64,000 bases of DNA from Eledone cirrhosa (GCA_964016885.1 OZ024743.1:291896001-291960000), one strand, 5' to 3'. Positions 46,526-63,713 are shown, counted from the stretch's first letter. A program made the numbers and translations. Notes: generated by a model from the sequence alone, not told the origin.

Positions 46526-48634
46526 CTGCGGCATTCGTGCGTTTGTACATTTTCTTCTTGTGCATTATTGATTTCAAAATACCATGCAACATGTTATTGT
46601 TGCTGCGGCCATGGCAACACTTTTGGAAATATTAACACAGTACTGCAAATAAAATGGTATTCCCTTTAAATCTATATATGTGTAGTGTTTGTGTATTTAA
46701 CAATGAATTCATTAGGGGTGTGCTTTCCTGTTTTTGTTGATGGGATTTCTGCTGTTAAGCTTAAACTTCTGTGTATCTAGCACATTCAGTCAAACGTTAA
46801 TTAACCTCCATTTGAATTTATTTCGCATTGTTTCTGAATCTTGATCTTGAATTGGCACTGGGAATTCCATACACATTGCATATTTGGCATATATGACTCT
46901 CCCGAAGCTCATTGTGATAAAATGTTTCAGGACTCCAGTTTCCTCAAAGAACTTTTATTTTGTACTCTCTCTTGATAAACCACCGCGTTTAATCCTTATC
47001 ACTTCATGTTATGATACTGAAAGTTAGTACACAACACATTTGATGTTCATTGAAAATTTGTCTTTTTTTTTTTGTCCGGCGTCCAAGTGTTCACACCGTT
47101 CATCTCTGCTAAAATGTAGTCGTCATGTGAATATCCAGTGTTAGCATTACGTTATGCTTCACTGGAATATGGAGTGTAAAAGATGAAAATTGTCTTTCGT
47201 TATTTACGATGATAAGGTTTACATGTTAGTTCTGAGAGAATTAGCATTTACCATGGCTTTTGCGAACCGTTCGATATCGGTGACGTTGATGTCATTTGTG
47301 ATTTGATCAATGTGTTCCAAGTCAAGGATTATAGAAGAGAAATCAGTTGAGAGAATGTCGTGGTTAGTTCAGTCTAGATGTAGGAATATAACATAGGAGA
47401 CAGCTTTTTATGAATGTTTGCGTGCTGCTAATAGGAGACCAGGCAATGGCGAAGAGCATAGGCTGTTGTAGTAGAGGTAGGAACAGCAGGAAGAGTTGAC
47501 GGCACGCCTGTATGCCAGTGGCTGATGCCTCTCTAAGATACCTTATGCCAAATATTTGATTAGCATTTACCTTTATGTATTCTACGATGCATGTGCGCAG
47601 TAGTAGCACCAACACAGGTGTAAGGGTAGTAATCACTTGCCAAGTACTACTATACTTGAGCCTTGCAAAATGCCAGTAATTGTTTTTGGCTTGAATACTT
47701 TCTGACTATATATTAATGATGTGTGGTCATCACATGAGATCATCAGTGTTTATAAAATCTCGGATGTAGAAAGGTCGTACGTGCTCCAGTTCTGTGGTGA
47801 TTAGACTCAAGAGGTGAGATGTGCGTTGTTATTTCTTAATAAGGAAACATAAAATGTGTTCGAAGGACGTTCACTGTCGTATTTGCATTAATACCAGATT
47901 GCTGAATGAGATTTGTTTCTATGTCTGACTCCAAACAAGGAAGGCATTGATGAGCCTAAAATTAAACATGAAACAAACAAACCTACAAATAGTAGTTCAT
48001 CGGCTGGTTCTTTTTTATATGTAACTGAAAAAGTTTGAAGAAGGATATATAAATAACAGATCTATTTATCATATCGTCTCGAACCTATGAGATATACCTT
48101 TCCAGATGCAGCGATACGCCTGTTCGAATTTTCGAAACCGTCGTCAAACCAGGTGACTTTTTGTAGTAGACCAGTGAAGCTTTTGGTTTGTCTTACACAG
48201 TTAACTGCCAATATTTTCATTGCCATTGCATTTTATGATGTGCCACAATCATAACGTTCGCATAGCAAATTTTGTGTTAAATGGTTCAAATCAAAATAAG
48301 GTTCGAAATTAAGAAGTGTTCGCTCTACATGGCTGAATACAATCAATATATATATATATATATATATAAATCTAATCTGAGTTTTTTCGAATATTAATAA
48401 TAACATTCGATCCGTTTGCAATTATGTAAACAAGCCTAATTTTTAAAGCCATGTCAGTAGAATGAGGCCCTCATTTTTGCTCATGTGTTGGCATGTAAAC
48501 AGTTCTGTTTATATGCCAACACAAGAGCAAGAATTAAGGGTTCATTCTACTGACCTAGCTTTAAATAAGAGGCTTGTTTACATAATTGCAGACGAATCGA
48601 ATGTTATTATTAATATTCTAAAAATTCAGATTAA

Positions 48635-48717
<83 letters not shown>

Positions 48718-48802
48718 ATATATACATACATATATATATATATATATTTATTACTATATATATATATATATACTATATATATACTATATATATATATATA
48801 TA

Positions 48803-49149
48803 GCGGCGATGAATTAGTTTAGCAAATAAATAAATAAATATATAGACAGACTGAATAAAAAATGGCGTAGACATACAACACAACAGGAGGAAAAAAATAT
48901 AACACCACTGACGATGTTGCAGATGTGCAACGAAAGATTTATGTAAATTATGTAAACTATATATATGTGTTTGTGTCTATATTGTATCTGTATTATTTTT
49001 GACCGTCGGTCAGTCAATGGCAACATTGAGGACCGAGTAAGTTAGATCGCAGATATAAAAGACAGCGAGAAGTGAAAACCAACCAAACAGTGAGTGTGTT
49101 CTGTTATTAATTCTGGCAATATTACGCAAATATGACCCTCCCCAAGTAT

Positions 49150-49154
<5 letters not shown>
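48803..49154 (+). mobile_element. Non-coding TA-flanked repeat with short 5' inversion (unedited relative of 60571-61731)
   Basis: Homologous to 61335-61675; first 21 nt are the reverse complement of the family 3' end (61711-61731). Related pieces at ~40935-41040 and ~55997-56050. Confidence 0.8.
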
Positions 49155-49211
<57 letters not shown>

Positions 49212-49213
<2 letters not shown>

Positions 49214-49420
49214 AAGGCGGGTAAAATTCCCGAGATCCATGGATGAGTTCTCTCCAGCGGTCTCTGTCCCTCATTTTCGCTGCCATATCCTGCATCTCCA
49301 ACAGACCAGTGTCTGTCCTCAGGGCATCAACATATGTTAACCTTGGTCTTCCTCTTCCAGTGTGTCCATGTAGGGGCTCCCAAAGGTGCACTGAGTGCAA
49401 TGTCAACTCTGGATGTATTA
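49212..49420 (-). pseudogene. RTE-type LINE ORF C-terminal fragment
   Basis: LWEPLHGHTGRGRPRLTYVDALRTDTG..MRDRDRWRELI. Confidence 0.7.
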
Positions 49421-50959
49421 CTATATATATATATATATATGGTATTGTATGGTCCCGTAACTCCTGATTGAGTCGTAGGGGCACCGCATTGTCATAAAGC
49501 GTTTCGTTCTTCGGGCATTTGAAGCCTCGAAGAGCCCATGCCCTCTCCAGGCCTGAGTTCAGATGTAAAAGGTGATCTCAACTTAGCCTTGATGGTTGCG
49601 AGAATAGATACACAATATCCAACTGTAATTAGTATTACGATTATCAAGTCACGTTTGAGTTATGCTGGAGTTTCTTCTCTTTTATGGGTGTGTATGTTTG
49701 CATATCATCTTCAAAATGTGATAAATCTAACATATGCAAACATTTGGAAAGAGATTATTTAAAGGGTATTTTAGTTTTGTGTTCTGTATGCTATTCACTG
49801 TGGATATCTTCGAGGGTGCTAAATAAAGTGAATAAATCAAAAGTTAATAAATTGTGTTTAGTTGGTGTAATTATTTAAAACTGATAACACTAGCCAGTAA
49901 AAGTTATTGTTAATGTTTCTGACCAAAATGAAATTGTTATTTTCACACAGCTACAAAAGCGTCAATAAAAAGGCTTCATAGAAAATTACAATGGTGAATG
50001 TAACCTAGATTAGTGGGAGAGGTTAAATTTATGGCCGTTATATTTCATAGCAATTAAAGTTAATGACTTTTGAATTACAAGACATGAACTTTAATTGTTA
50101 TGTGTAGAAATATTCACCGACGAAGGATGAATTAGTAATCAAAGGTGACCTATTTATCGCGCTAAACAACAAGAACTAAACTAAAGAATGAAATACAGAA
50201 CATTAAGCAAAAGACACGGAAAACACGAAAAACTAAAATAATTATATTGAATTAACTGAAAACACCTTCGAGATTCGATAACAAAATTTACAAAGGTCTT
50301 GTAATTAGTTCTTTCGTTACAGAACCAATGCGAATGACACCGAACATTTGAAATAAATGTGGAAGGTGATATATGATGGTGTTCTCCAATACACTAATTA
50401 ATCGGTTGATAATCAATAGTGCTTGCCACGCCTTGCATAAATGGATATTTGCTTAGAGATAACATTTTAATATATTTTGTTCATTGAGGAAGTAAGTCAT
50501 TCCGTTCGTCATTAATATCTTCTGTGACATAATTGAATATGCAAGAGGATTTGCCTGGAATTCTGTTTCACTTCTATCTGCTTTAAAACTTAAACATGTA
50601 GGCCTCTCTGCGTGATTATTTTTGTGTGTTTGTGATATTTAATAAGAAAATACGAAATTAATTCAAGGAATATGAGATAAAGTTAGATATTTTATTAAAT
50701 TAAACAGCAATATTGTTTTTGTTGAGATAATTATAAGACATTACGATCAAAAGACACGTGGTATGCTTTCAAATATGAAACAATGCGTAAATAAATTGGG
50801 TTGTATGAAACGAAAGAGAGGAATGTTCTCCAATATTAATTTATAATATAATTACTAAGCTTTAAGGAATTTTTCAAATATATCAAGATAGAGAGCACAA
50901 CATAAGTATGTGGATTAAAAGGGACTGTGGTTATTGTTATTCTAATCTAATCTGACCGA

Positions 50960-51426
50960 ATTTACACGCGCAGATAAGAAGAACCAGGGCCGCCCCTAGG
51001 AGCACTGGATTTGGTGTACTTCATATTTGTTTCGGTTGCTGAATACAACCAGGGGTTGTTGCTTCTTCCGAAGGTCAATAGTTCTCTTCTAACTCGAGGG
51101 GAAGCGTCTTTACATTGTCAATTTGTATTGATCATATGCAAAGCCGTTTTGTTCTCAGAACCACTACACCATGTCTGTCGATGCGTGCAGCTGGAACTAC
51201 AACCACCCATTGATTTGGTAGGATTTTTTGTTTTAGATGGCCGTTGATTCTTATGAGTTCTTCCGGCCTTTCTCGGGTTTTCTTTTCTTTTTGTCCTGCA
51301 GGGTCTCTAAAATCGCCCTCCTCACGAAGTATACTTGGTGGGGTTGCCGGTTTAGTCCCCGATGACCCGACCATGCGACAGGTTGTACTGGGCTACATGC
51401 CACCAGTAACACTCAAGAGTGACTTG
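50960..51426 (-). mobile_element. Probable LINE (RTE-like) 5'-end fragment
   Basis: Shares its terminal ~90 nt with 39240-39328; clade is inference. Confidence 0.4.
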
Positions 51427-51516
51427 ATATGTTGTTCTAGTAAGTAGAAAATCAGACATATTGTGTATGTATTACAAAAAATATAATTAAAAAAAATACA
51501 TACGGACAGAGAGACA

Positions 51517-51609
<93 letters not shown>

Positions 51610-52821
51610 CAAACACATACGCACACATACTTACAAATGAACGAAATTGACATCCTGTGTAAGCAAACAAACAAAATATGCACAATAGTCGGACCCGCGC
51701 AAAGACTGGATGAACAGAAAATTAAGCTCATCCAAAGAGTCATCTCACTTGGCAAAATCACCAACAGAATAGAAAGGACTATAAACATATAGAAATATAT
51801 AAGCTGAGGACAACATAAAGCAAAACGAAGGAAAATGTGTTAACATATATGTCAATGTTCAAACCCCTAAATATCAAAATATTTGACAAACTTTGCAAAA
51901 ATGTCCCTAATCAATATGAAGATGAATTGATAAACAAATTTAAAAGCACACCAAATCATCAAACGTAAAAGACAGCTCAAAATACTAAAACGTATACTTA
52001 CTGTGGCAAAACCCACAAACATCCCCGACTCCACTGTTACATCTGTTATACCTAATTGATGGATCAGGATTCAGATTTAAGGATGGACAATGTTTCAGAA
52101 TAAAAGAAAATGTCTAGTAGAACTTGGAATGCCTTATTTATGTGATTACATTTTTTAAATGTTTGCAAAATTGCATAGGACCTAAGGTAGTGTCCTTACG
52201 CAAAGGAAAGACAATAAAAAGACAAGAATTCCCTGATGAAAACCTGAGAAAAATCCCCTTAAGCAGACGCGTTGCAACATGTGAAGGATTAGATTTAGCC
52301 ATCTTCAAAATTACACCATTCTACGAGTGGTCAGACTGTTTCACCCATTAAGAGAGAATAAAGAAAGAATAACGATTTATGAAGAAATATAAAACCGCAA
52401 TCAATCATGTAATTACCCCTATTAGACAAAAAATAACCAATTTTCACACACGTGTAGAAAAACATATGCATTTGCAAACACACTCTGACACACACATCAG
52501 AAGATAGAAGGAAACAAATTCATAACGCCAAGGATACCTCAAATAGAAACATTTTTTCTGTCCTTTCTTTAAGCCTTTATCTGCCAAGCCTTCCAGAAAC
52601 GTCTTCTTTATCCCCCATTCCGGGATCACTTTCAAACACGTTTAAATCTGTATTTGCGTTTACTTCTCTTCTTTCTTTTAGTTCGGTTATTTGTCGGAGA
52701 TTTCCCCATAAGAGCATTTATTCTTATAGCTTGTTCTAATTGATTTTTGATATGGTTAATTATGCTAATTAGAAGAAATAGTATATATTTTATTATCTGA
52801 TGATTCTAAAGACATGATTTA

Positions 52822-52869
<48 letters not shown>

Positions 52870-52915
52870 AAATAAGTAGGTCAAATATGTAAAATTTGGC
52901 TTCGTTTATTATACA

Positions 52916-53470
52916 CTAGCAGTAGTACCCGACGTTGCACGATATAAGGTATTTTGGAACGCGGGCCGTCAACAGACCTAATCGTCGAAAAACGGCATGC
53001 CTGGATAATATGTAAAGAAAATAAACTAAATACTCTGATGGCTGGATAATCTTTAAGATTGTATTCGATCAAGCTGGAAAAATGCAGGTTTTCACCTAAT
53101 GCGTGTCCTATGGGATCAAGAAAAGGAATTCTTTTATGTGCATAATATGCCTTGAAATTTCGGGAAAATCGGCTAGACATAACGCCTCAAAAGAGCCCTA
53201 AATAGCTGAACAAATGAAGTTTTTCACCTAATGCGGGCCCTAGGCCATACAAAAGTTGGATTTTCTTTGCTCACAGTATGAAGAAGAGACTGACTAATAC
53301 ACAGTTACAATTTCAAGAAAATCTGTCTGAAAATCTGTCTGACGTAATGCATCAACCCCCCCCCCCCCCAAGAAAATACGTGAAAAAACGCAGTTTTTCA
53401 CCTAATGTGAGCCCTAGGGCACACTGTGAAGCTCTCGTATTCTACCACGCGCAATGTAGCCCAGCACATA
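52916..53470 (-). mobile_element. Helitron 3' portion with internal TTTTCACCTAATG repeats
   Basis: Minus strand ..CGTGCAACGTCGGGTACTACTG-CTAG|T; homologous to 63864-64000; far boundary approximate. Confidence 0.65.
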
Positions 53471-53479
53471 ACGTGCATC

Positions 53480-55714
53480 AATAGGATTAGACTTAGAAAC
53501 TACACACAACCAGCAGCTGGCAATATAAGCACCCAGCAGAGCCATGTAGATGGAAGGAATGGTGGACCCGGTACCCACACTGGGAAATCGAACAGACCCC
53601 TTAAGCCCAAACGGGCCTAGGGGCAGAGCAGCCTATACTACGCAAGGGGAACGCCACAATAAGCACTCAGTGTTCGACCACCTCCTGCAACTGCAGAAAC
53701 CCCACATTATGCCCCCTTAGTAATGAATGCAACATGAAAAACATAGTATACGGATTTAGAGTAAAAAAAACCCATATCTGAGCACATTTACATAGGAACC
53801 ACATCAATGAGCTTAAAACAAAGATGGTATAACCATCGCCATTCCTTTAATAATGAGGGCAAAAGGAAAAGTATGGCTCTTTCCGAACTGTCTGGAAGCT
53901 CAAGCTGGACAGGCCCCAAAATCTCTCTAGCCCGTCCACAATCAGGAAAGTGCCACCTGATAGAGGGGAATCTGGACTGTGCAACTTATATCTGAGTGAG
54001 ACTCTCGAGATACTCAATGGTGGCAGCAGCCTAATCAACATCATGAACGACTTCTTTGGTACATGTAGACACTTCAGGGCCGGAACCTTCCTCAAGCTAT
54101 ATGGATAATAACCCATTTGGATGGGAACTTCCCTCAAGCTATAGGGACAGCAGCTCCGCTCCATCACACCGAGCCCAAGGTAAATCACCTCCTACACACT
54201 CCCCACCTCTACTCCAGCTTCGATCGACTCCTATAGCAACACGCTTACCTAGCAGCTAAAACCATGACTCTTGCCTCTGTGATCAACCCCCCTCTCTCTC
54301 ACTTCGTTAACCAAAACTCAAGTTAACGGACACTAGATGATATAAATAGACGAAGTACGTCGGTGGAATCCAGTCCTCTGTGCAAACAGGACAACAAGTT
54401 TCCGACCAGAGGGCCCCAACGCCCAACCCCGGCATGTGACCCGAATACTCGGAGTATATCCTTCCTCGAACACGATCCTCTTCGCACGCATGAGTCAGGG
54501 ATAAATACCACAAGTAAATAGGACGCGCCTGTTACTACCACTTACCCCTCTCCCCACCTCCAGAGGTGACTTTGACCCGGTGTCCTTGTGGGTGTATCCA
54601 CATGTGGACGTATATGGAATTGTGTGTATGCGTGCATGTATGCGTGTGTGTTAATGTGTAGACGTAATATGGGAATGCATCTGAGCCTGTGTTTGTGCGT
54701 ATGTGCTTGCAACGTTGTGCGTTGAAAAACATACAAGCATATGTACTTTATGCTGAAATAAGAATTGTAGTCCTTTACACTTCTGGATTTTGACACATAG
54801 CATTTTATGGTATTTTTCACTCCACTTTTACCTCATTTGTTTTTAAAACGCACCCATCTTTTGTTAGACTGTGTGGACATAAATAGGTGAATGCACTGAG
54901 CCTGTGTTTATACATGTGCACGCGCAACAGTGCGCGCTGACGGACACTCACACGTACATACTCCATACTATATGCTAGAATAAGAATTGTAAATATTTAC
55001 ACTTCTCGATTCTGACACAGGTTTTTTATTTCATTTCAGTTTATATTTTTCAAATTGTTTGATATTGGTTGTAACACACATGCATCTTTATTTGTTTGGC
55101 ATCCCCCACCAAATGAAATGGTGGTAGGATAGATGCCAGCCTACACACATAAATATTTCAGACAATAAATGCAGCATACTAAAGTTGACCTGCTAACTGA
55201 CATCTTAACACCACTAACACTACCAACACAGTGAAGGAGGTCAGCTGTAATTAAACATTCTGAAAAAAAACAATTATAACAGGCTGACCTGCCCCTGTAG
55301 AATTTCTTTTGACCGAGGAGTGGTCTCAAAACGGACCAATGGGATACGAGCGTGTCCTATGACGCTGGAATTCGTTTGTTCTAGTCCATATGATTCCAGT
55401 TCCTCGAAGGACTAACAACACACCCAGGAGCTGGACATATCGATGTATGGACAGAGTGAAACACACTTCAACAACATGTGTACCTGTATTTTCTGCACCA
55501 ATTCGGACTGCCTGAAGAGGTCACAGCCAATAATGTGTGTCACCGAAATATATATAGCAGTTTATCTATAATTTATTATAAACGAAGCCAAATTTTACAT
55601 ATCTGACTTAGTTATTTTATTTTACATTACTCTGGATTAAACATACCAACCTGCGTCATTCGTCGAGTTCTCCAATCTGCATACTGATGTATCGGTAAAC
55701 AACCAACATATACT

Positions 55715-55720
<6 letters not shown>
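53480..55720 (+). mobile_element. Decayed PLE 3' half (GIY-YIG remnant, long 3'UTR, hammerhead)
   Basis: CNCRNPTLCPLSNECNMKNIVY, YIGT, KQRWYNHRHSF, CRH; HHR at 55507; inverted ~50-bp copy of 55577-55624 at 52862-52910. Confidence 0.75.
55507..55561 (+). ncRNA. Minimal type I hammerhead ribozyme
   Basis: ACTGC-CTGAAGA-GGT..ACC-GAAA-TATATA-TA-GCAGT; 5-bp stem I, palindromic stem III. Confidence 0.8.
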
Positions 55721-55771
<51 letters not shown>

Positions 55772-55927
55772 AGGAGAGAGTATGACACCGACGGCAGAGC
55801 TCAAGCCTTTTCGACGGCTATTTCAGCCGTCGCGGTCATACTTCCTCCTACTACCCACTCTACTACCCTAAGTATTGAGTACTCTGGTGCGTTATGGCTC
55901 ATCTTGTTCCTTAACACAACTCCTCCG

Positions 55928-56001
<74 letters not shown>

Positions 56002-56154
56002 GCCAGAAATAATAATAAAACACACTCACTGATTGGGTTGGATTGGTTTTTTCTGTATCATTTATATTTCCATAGTTAATTTATTTGCTAATCTATGTTT
56101 ATCATTGATTGATCAACGGTTAAATATACATATACATATATATTTATATATAAA

Positions 56155-59760
<3,606 letters not shown>

Positions 59761-59790
59761 TTTAATATATATAAATATATATATATATAT

Positions 59791-60485
59791 ATGAATAAAG
59801 TTAGTCCTTCATCAGTGATCTTCCAACCATCGTTGGTATTTCATCGCTTTAAAGACCATATACCTCCGGTTGGTGCGAGCAACGGCTAAAAAAAGTCGTT
59901 GGGACACGTAAATAAAGGGAACACGAGAGTGTAAACAAACAAAGATGGTAAATCAACTAAAAGTGAGTAAGAAAGTGTCAAGTCCCAGATTTCCATGAAT
60001 ATAAGTTCGGTAAAATCGTGAACGAGAGAGAATAAAGACCATCAATCCTAGTCGAAATGTGAGCAAGGAAGGAATTCCGCACAGGTCAAACGGCAGGAAG
60101 AAGGAGTCCAGTCCGTGAATTCGGTGAACATAAGTTCTGTGAAATCGTAGACGAGAGAGAGAAAAGGGGAACCAGCCTGGTCAAGCGTGCGAGAGAATAG
60201 AATTACGCACAGGTCAAACGGGAGGAAGTAGGAGAGGTAGTATTAGAGAGTGAGTGAGTGAAAGGTGAGGAAGAGGCTAACAGAGAGAGTGACTGTTAGA
60301 GAGGGTAAAGATACAGAGAAAGAGGAAGCAGTAAGAACGAAATAGACGGGTCACAGCGGGGGAAAAATATATGCGTGAATATGAGAACAAACGTGCTGCG
60401 TGGTTGCATATGGGTTACATATGAATAAAGTTAGTCCTTCATCAGTGATCTTCCAATCATCATTGGTATTTCATCGCTTTAAAGA

Positions 60486-60492
<7 letters not shown>
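59791..60492. repeat. ~700-bp unit bounded by ~70-bp direct repeats, TA-flanked
   Basis: 59791-59862 matches 60421-60492; inverted third copy at ~62250-62312; internal ~110-bp duplication near 60000/60130. Confidence 0.75.
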
Positions 60493-60570
<78 letters not shown>

Positions 60571-60575
<5 letters not shown>

Positions 60576-61106
60576 ATACTTGGGGAGGGTCATATTTGCG
60601 TAATATTGCCAGAATTAATAACAGAACACACTCACTGTTTGGTTGGTTTTCGCTTCCCGCTGTCTTTTATATCTGCGATCTAACTTACTCGGTCCTCAGT
60701 GTTGCCATTGACTGACCGACGGTCGGGGATGATACACATGCAATGTAGACACAGACACGTATGTGTGGTTTGCATAGTTTGCATGAATCTTTCGTTGCAC
60801 ATCTGCGGCATCGTCAGTGGTGTTATATTTTTTTTTCCTCCTGTTGTGTTGTGTGTCTGCGCCATTTTTTGTTCGGTCTCTCTATATGTTTATTTATTTG
60901 TTTGCTTGTTTGTTTGTTTTATTATGTCTTCTTTGCGCATGCGTTTGCGTGTGTGTGTGGTGTTGTGTGTGCTGTGTGACTGGTGTGTGTAGTGGAACTA
61001 TATATGTATATATGTGTATGTATATGTGTGTGTATAGGTATATATGTATATATATATATATATGTGTATATATATATATGTGTATATGTGTGTATATGTG
61101 TATATG

Positions 61107-61137
<31 letters not shown>

Positions 61138-61731
61138 GCATATGTATATATGCATGTATATGCATATATATGTGTGTGCATATGTGTGTATGAACATATG
61201 TGTATATACGTGTATATGTGCATATGTATATATGCATGTGTGGTTCCACTATACACGCTAGTCACGCAGCACACACAGCACTGTACACACACGCAAGCGC
61301 ATGCGCGGGGAGGACAGGTTGAAATAGACAAACGGGCAGATGGGTGAATGAATGTATAGACGGACTGAATAAGAGATGGCGTGGACGTGCAACACAGCGG
61401 AAGGAAGGAAAAATGATATAACACCACTGACGATGTTGCGGATGTGCAGCGAATGATTTATGTAAATTGTGTGAACTATATATGTGTGTTTGTGTTAATA
61501 TTGTATCTGTATCATTTTTGACCGTCGGTCAGTCAATGGCAACATTGAGGACCGAGTAAGTTAGATCGCAGATATAAAAGACAGCGAGAAGCGAAAACCA
61601 ACCAAACAGTGAGTGTGTTCTGTTATTAATTCTGGCAATATTACGCAAACATGACCCTCCCCAAGTATAATAATATCTGTTTCGACACACGATTTCATAT
61701 AAAAAACCTCGCTAAACTAATTCATCGCCGC
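60571..61731 (+). repeat. ~1.1-kb imperfect palindrome with clustered A>G substitutions
   Basis: 60571-~60990 is the reverse complement of ~61240-61675; most arm-to-arm mismatches are G opposite T on the + strand. Confidence 0.9.
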
Positions 61732-61788
61732 TATATATATATATATATATAATATAAGATCAAAAGATGGTTAAAGGAGTTCAATATA

Positions 61789-61855
61789 TTTTATTATGCG
61801 CATTTCAAAAACAAACATCATCAAACAATAATATTTGTGTTTTCATCAGATAAAA
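61789..61855 (-). ncRNA. Minimal hammerhead ribozyme (left arm of palindrome)
   Basis: Mirror image of 61985-62051. Confidence 0.72.
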
Positions 61856-61984
61856 CAGGAGAACATGATATGAAGGCTAAAATAACACTTGTTGATAGTG
61901 CAGTTTTAAATCAACATATCATATGTTGATTTAAAACTGCACTATCAACAAGTGTTTTTTTAGCCTTCATATCATGTTCTCCTG

Positions 61985-62051
61985 TTTTATCTGATGAAAA
62001 CACAAATATTATTGTTTGATGATGTTTGTTTTTGAAATGCGCATAATAAAA
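61985..62051 (+). ncRNA. Minimal hammerhead ribozyme (right arm of palindrome)
   Basis: TTTTAT-CTGATGA-AAACA..TGTTTTT-GAAA-TGCGCA-TA-ATAAAA. Confidence 0.75.
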
Positions 62052-62174
62052 TATATTGAACTCCTTTAACCATCTTTTGATCTTATATTATGCATACTCC
62101 AGTCCCACAAACTGTAGAGTGCTTCTTATCCGATATCTGCATTGCTTTATTGTACTACAATAAAACTCACCTCC

Positions 62175-62255
<81 letters not shown>

Positions 62256-62962
62256 TCTTTAAAGCGATGAAATACCAATGATGATTGGAAGATCACTGAT
62301 GAAGGACTAACTATATATATTTTTTTTTTTTTTTTATTGACTGGTTTTGGTCTATTCTACTGACTGCCGAATAGCTTTGTTATATTTAACCACTCTGTCG
62401 AGAGCTTCATTCGATTTATGATATTTTGCATTTACGCAATATTATACACAGATGAATTCATTCGCCTAATTTAGGTGTTGCCTCCCTTGCTGAACCCCAC
62501 GTGGGGTCAGTTACAGACACATCTATGTGGTCTTTAGAACTGAATCCCGTTGATAACACGCACTCCTAGTTCAGTCAGGATACGAGAAACTTAACATCCT
62601 TTATGTAAGTGGACAGTAAATGACTTATGGAGACGCAGAAACCCCAACACTGGACTTTACCATCATTCCAGGGGTCCGGTGATTAAAAAACATTTATGCT
62701 TTCATATATTTTTATATCTGTATATATGTTTGACCCGAAATAGGAGATCCAATCTTCGCTGTGTGGATAATTATTTTAACCACCATCTCAGTGTGTTTGG
62801 CCTTTAACGTAAGTTGTGAGCTCCAATTCTTTTGAATTATTGAGTGCTTGCCTCACAATTCGAAAGTGTTTTTTCGTTATTTGATAGGCTGAAATTCGAT
62901 TCTCGATAATTTCTACTGGTATATATATATATATATATATATATACAAGTAAAAATTAGCGA

Positions 62963-63105
<143 letters not shown>

Positions 63106-63250
63106 TATATATATATACAGTATATATATATATATATATGTGTGTGTGAGTGTGCGTGCGTGAAAGTGTGTGTGTGTGTATGTGGTATATATATATATAT
63201 ACATATATACATATGTGTGTGTGTATATATATGTATATAAACATATATAC

Positions 63251-63319
<69 letters not shown>

Positions 63320-63671
63320 TGGTGTACCGGCAAGGTCATATGGTAAAATAATAAAATACTAAACATATAATTACTTCATTATCCGATTTGCTATGTTTAC
63401 AAAAAAGGCGAAACATCGTTTATCAGCGGTTTGCTAAAATCACAGTGTAAAGTCAATGAAGAGTTACTAAATCATTAGCTGTTATCTGTTCAGCCATTAC
63501 TACAGTTAATTCACCAGACAATGATCTCTTTGAATGCGTGTAGTGAGTTAGCAAGAAATGTTAGAAAGCCAGACGAAAAACTTATATTATTTAAAATTGG
63601 CCATCTACGCACTGAATCCATGATGTTTACACACACTAACAAAGACAACGAAATATAAATATATATGTATA

Positions 63672-63713
<42 letters not shown>

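Larger units (their letters stand above)
61749..62091. repeat. Near-perfect palindrome (171-bp arms, 1-nt spacer at 61920)
   Basis: One mismatch seen (AAATAAC vs AAAAAAC); each arm carries a hammerhead. Confidence 0.92.

Noticed and set aside
46650-47760. Possible old LINE remnant on the minus strand
   Set aside because: Only vague motif similarity, too decayed to support a call.
48903-48955. CTGACGA-T-GTTGCA/TGCAAC-GAAA hammerhead-like motif
   Set aside because: Good stem II but an extra core nucleotide and only ~2 bp of stem I; not called without a consensus.
51630-52440. A-rich broken reading frame with Cys/His cluster (similar composition on the minus strand at ~39970-40630)
   Set aside because: Interrupted by stops and not assignable to a family by eye.
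63318-63620. CAGTGGTGTA.. possible hAT terminal repeat
   Set aside because: No matching second terminus or target duplication found.
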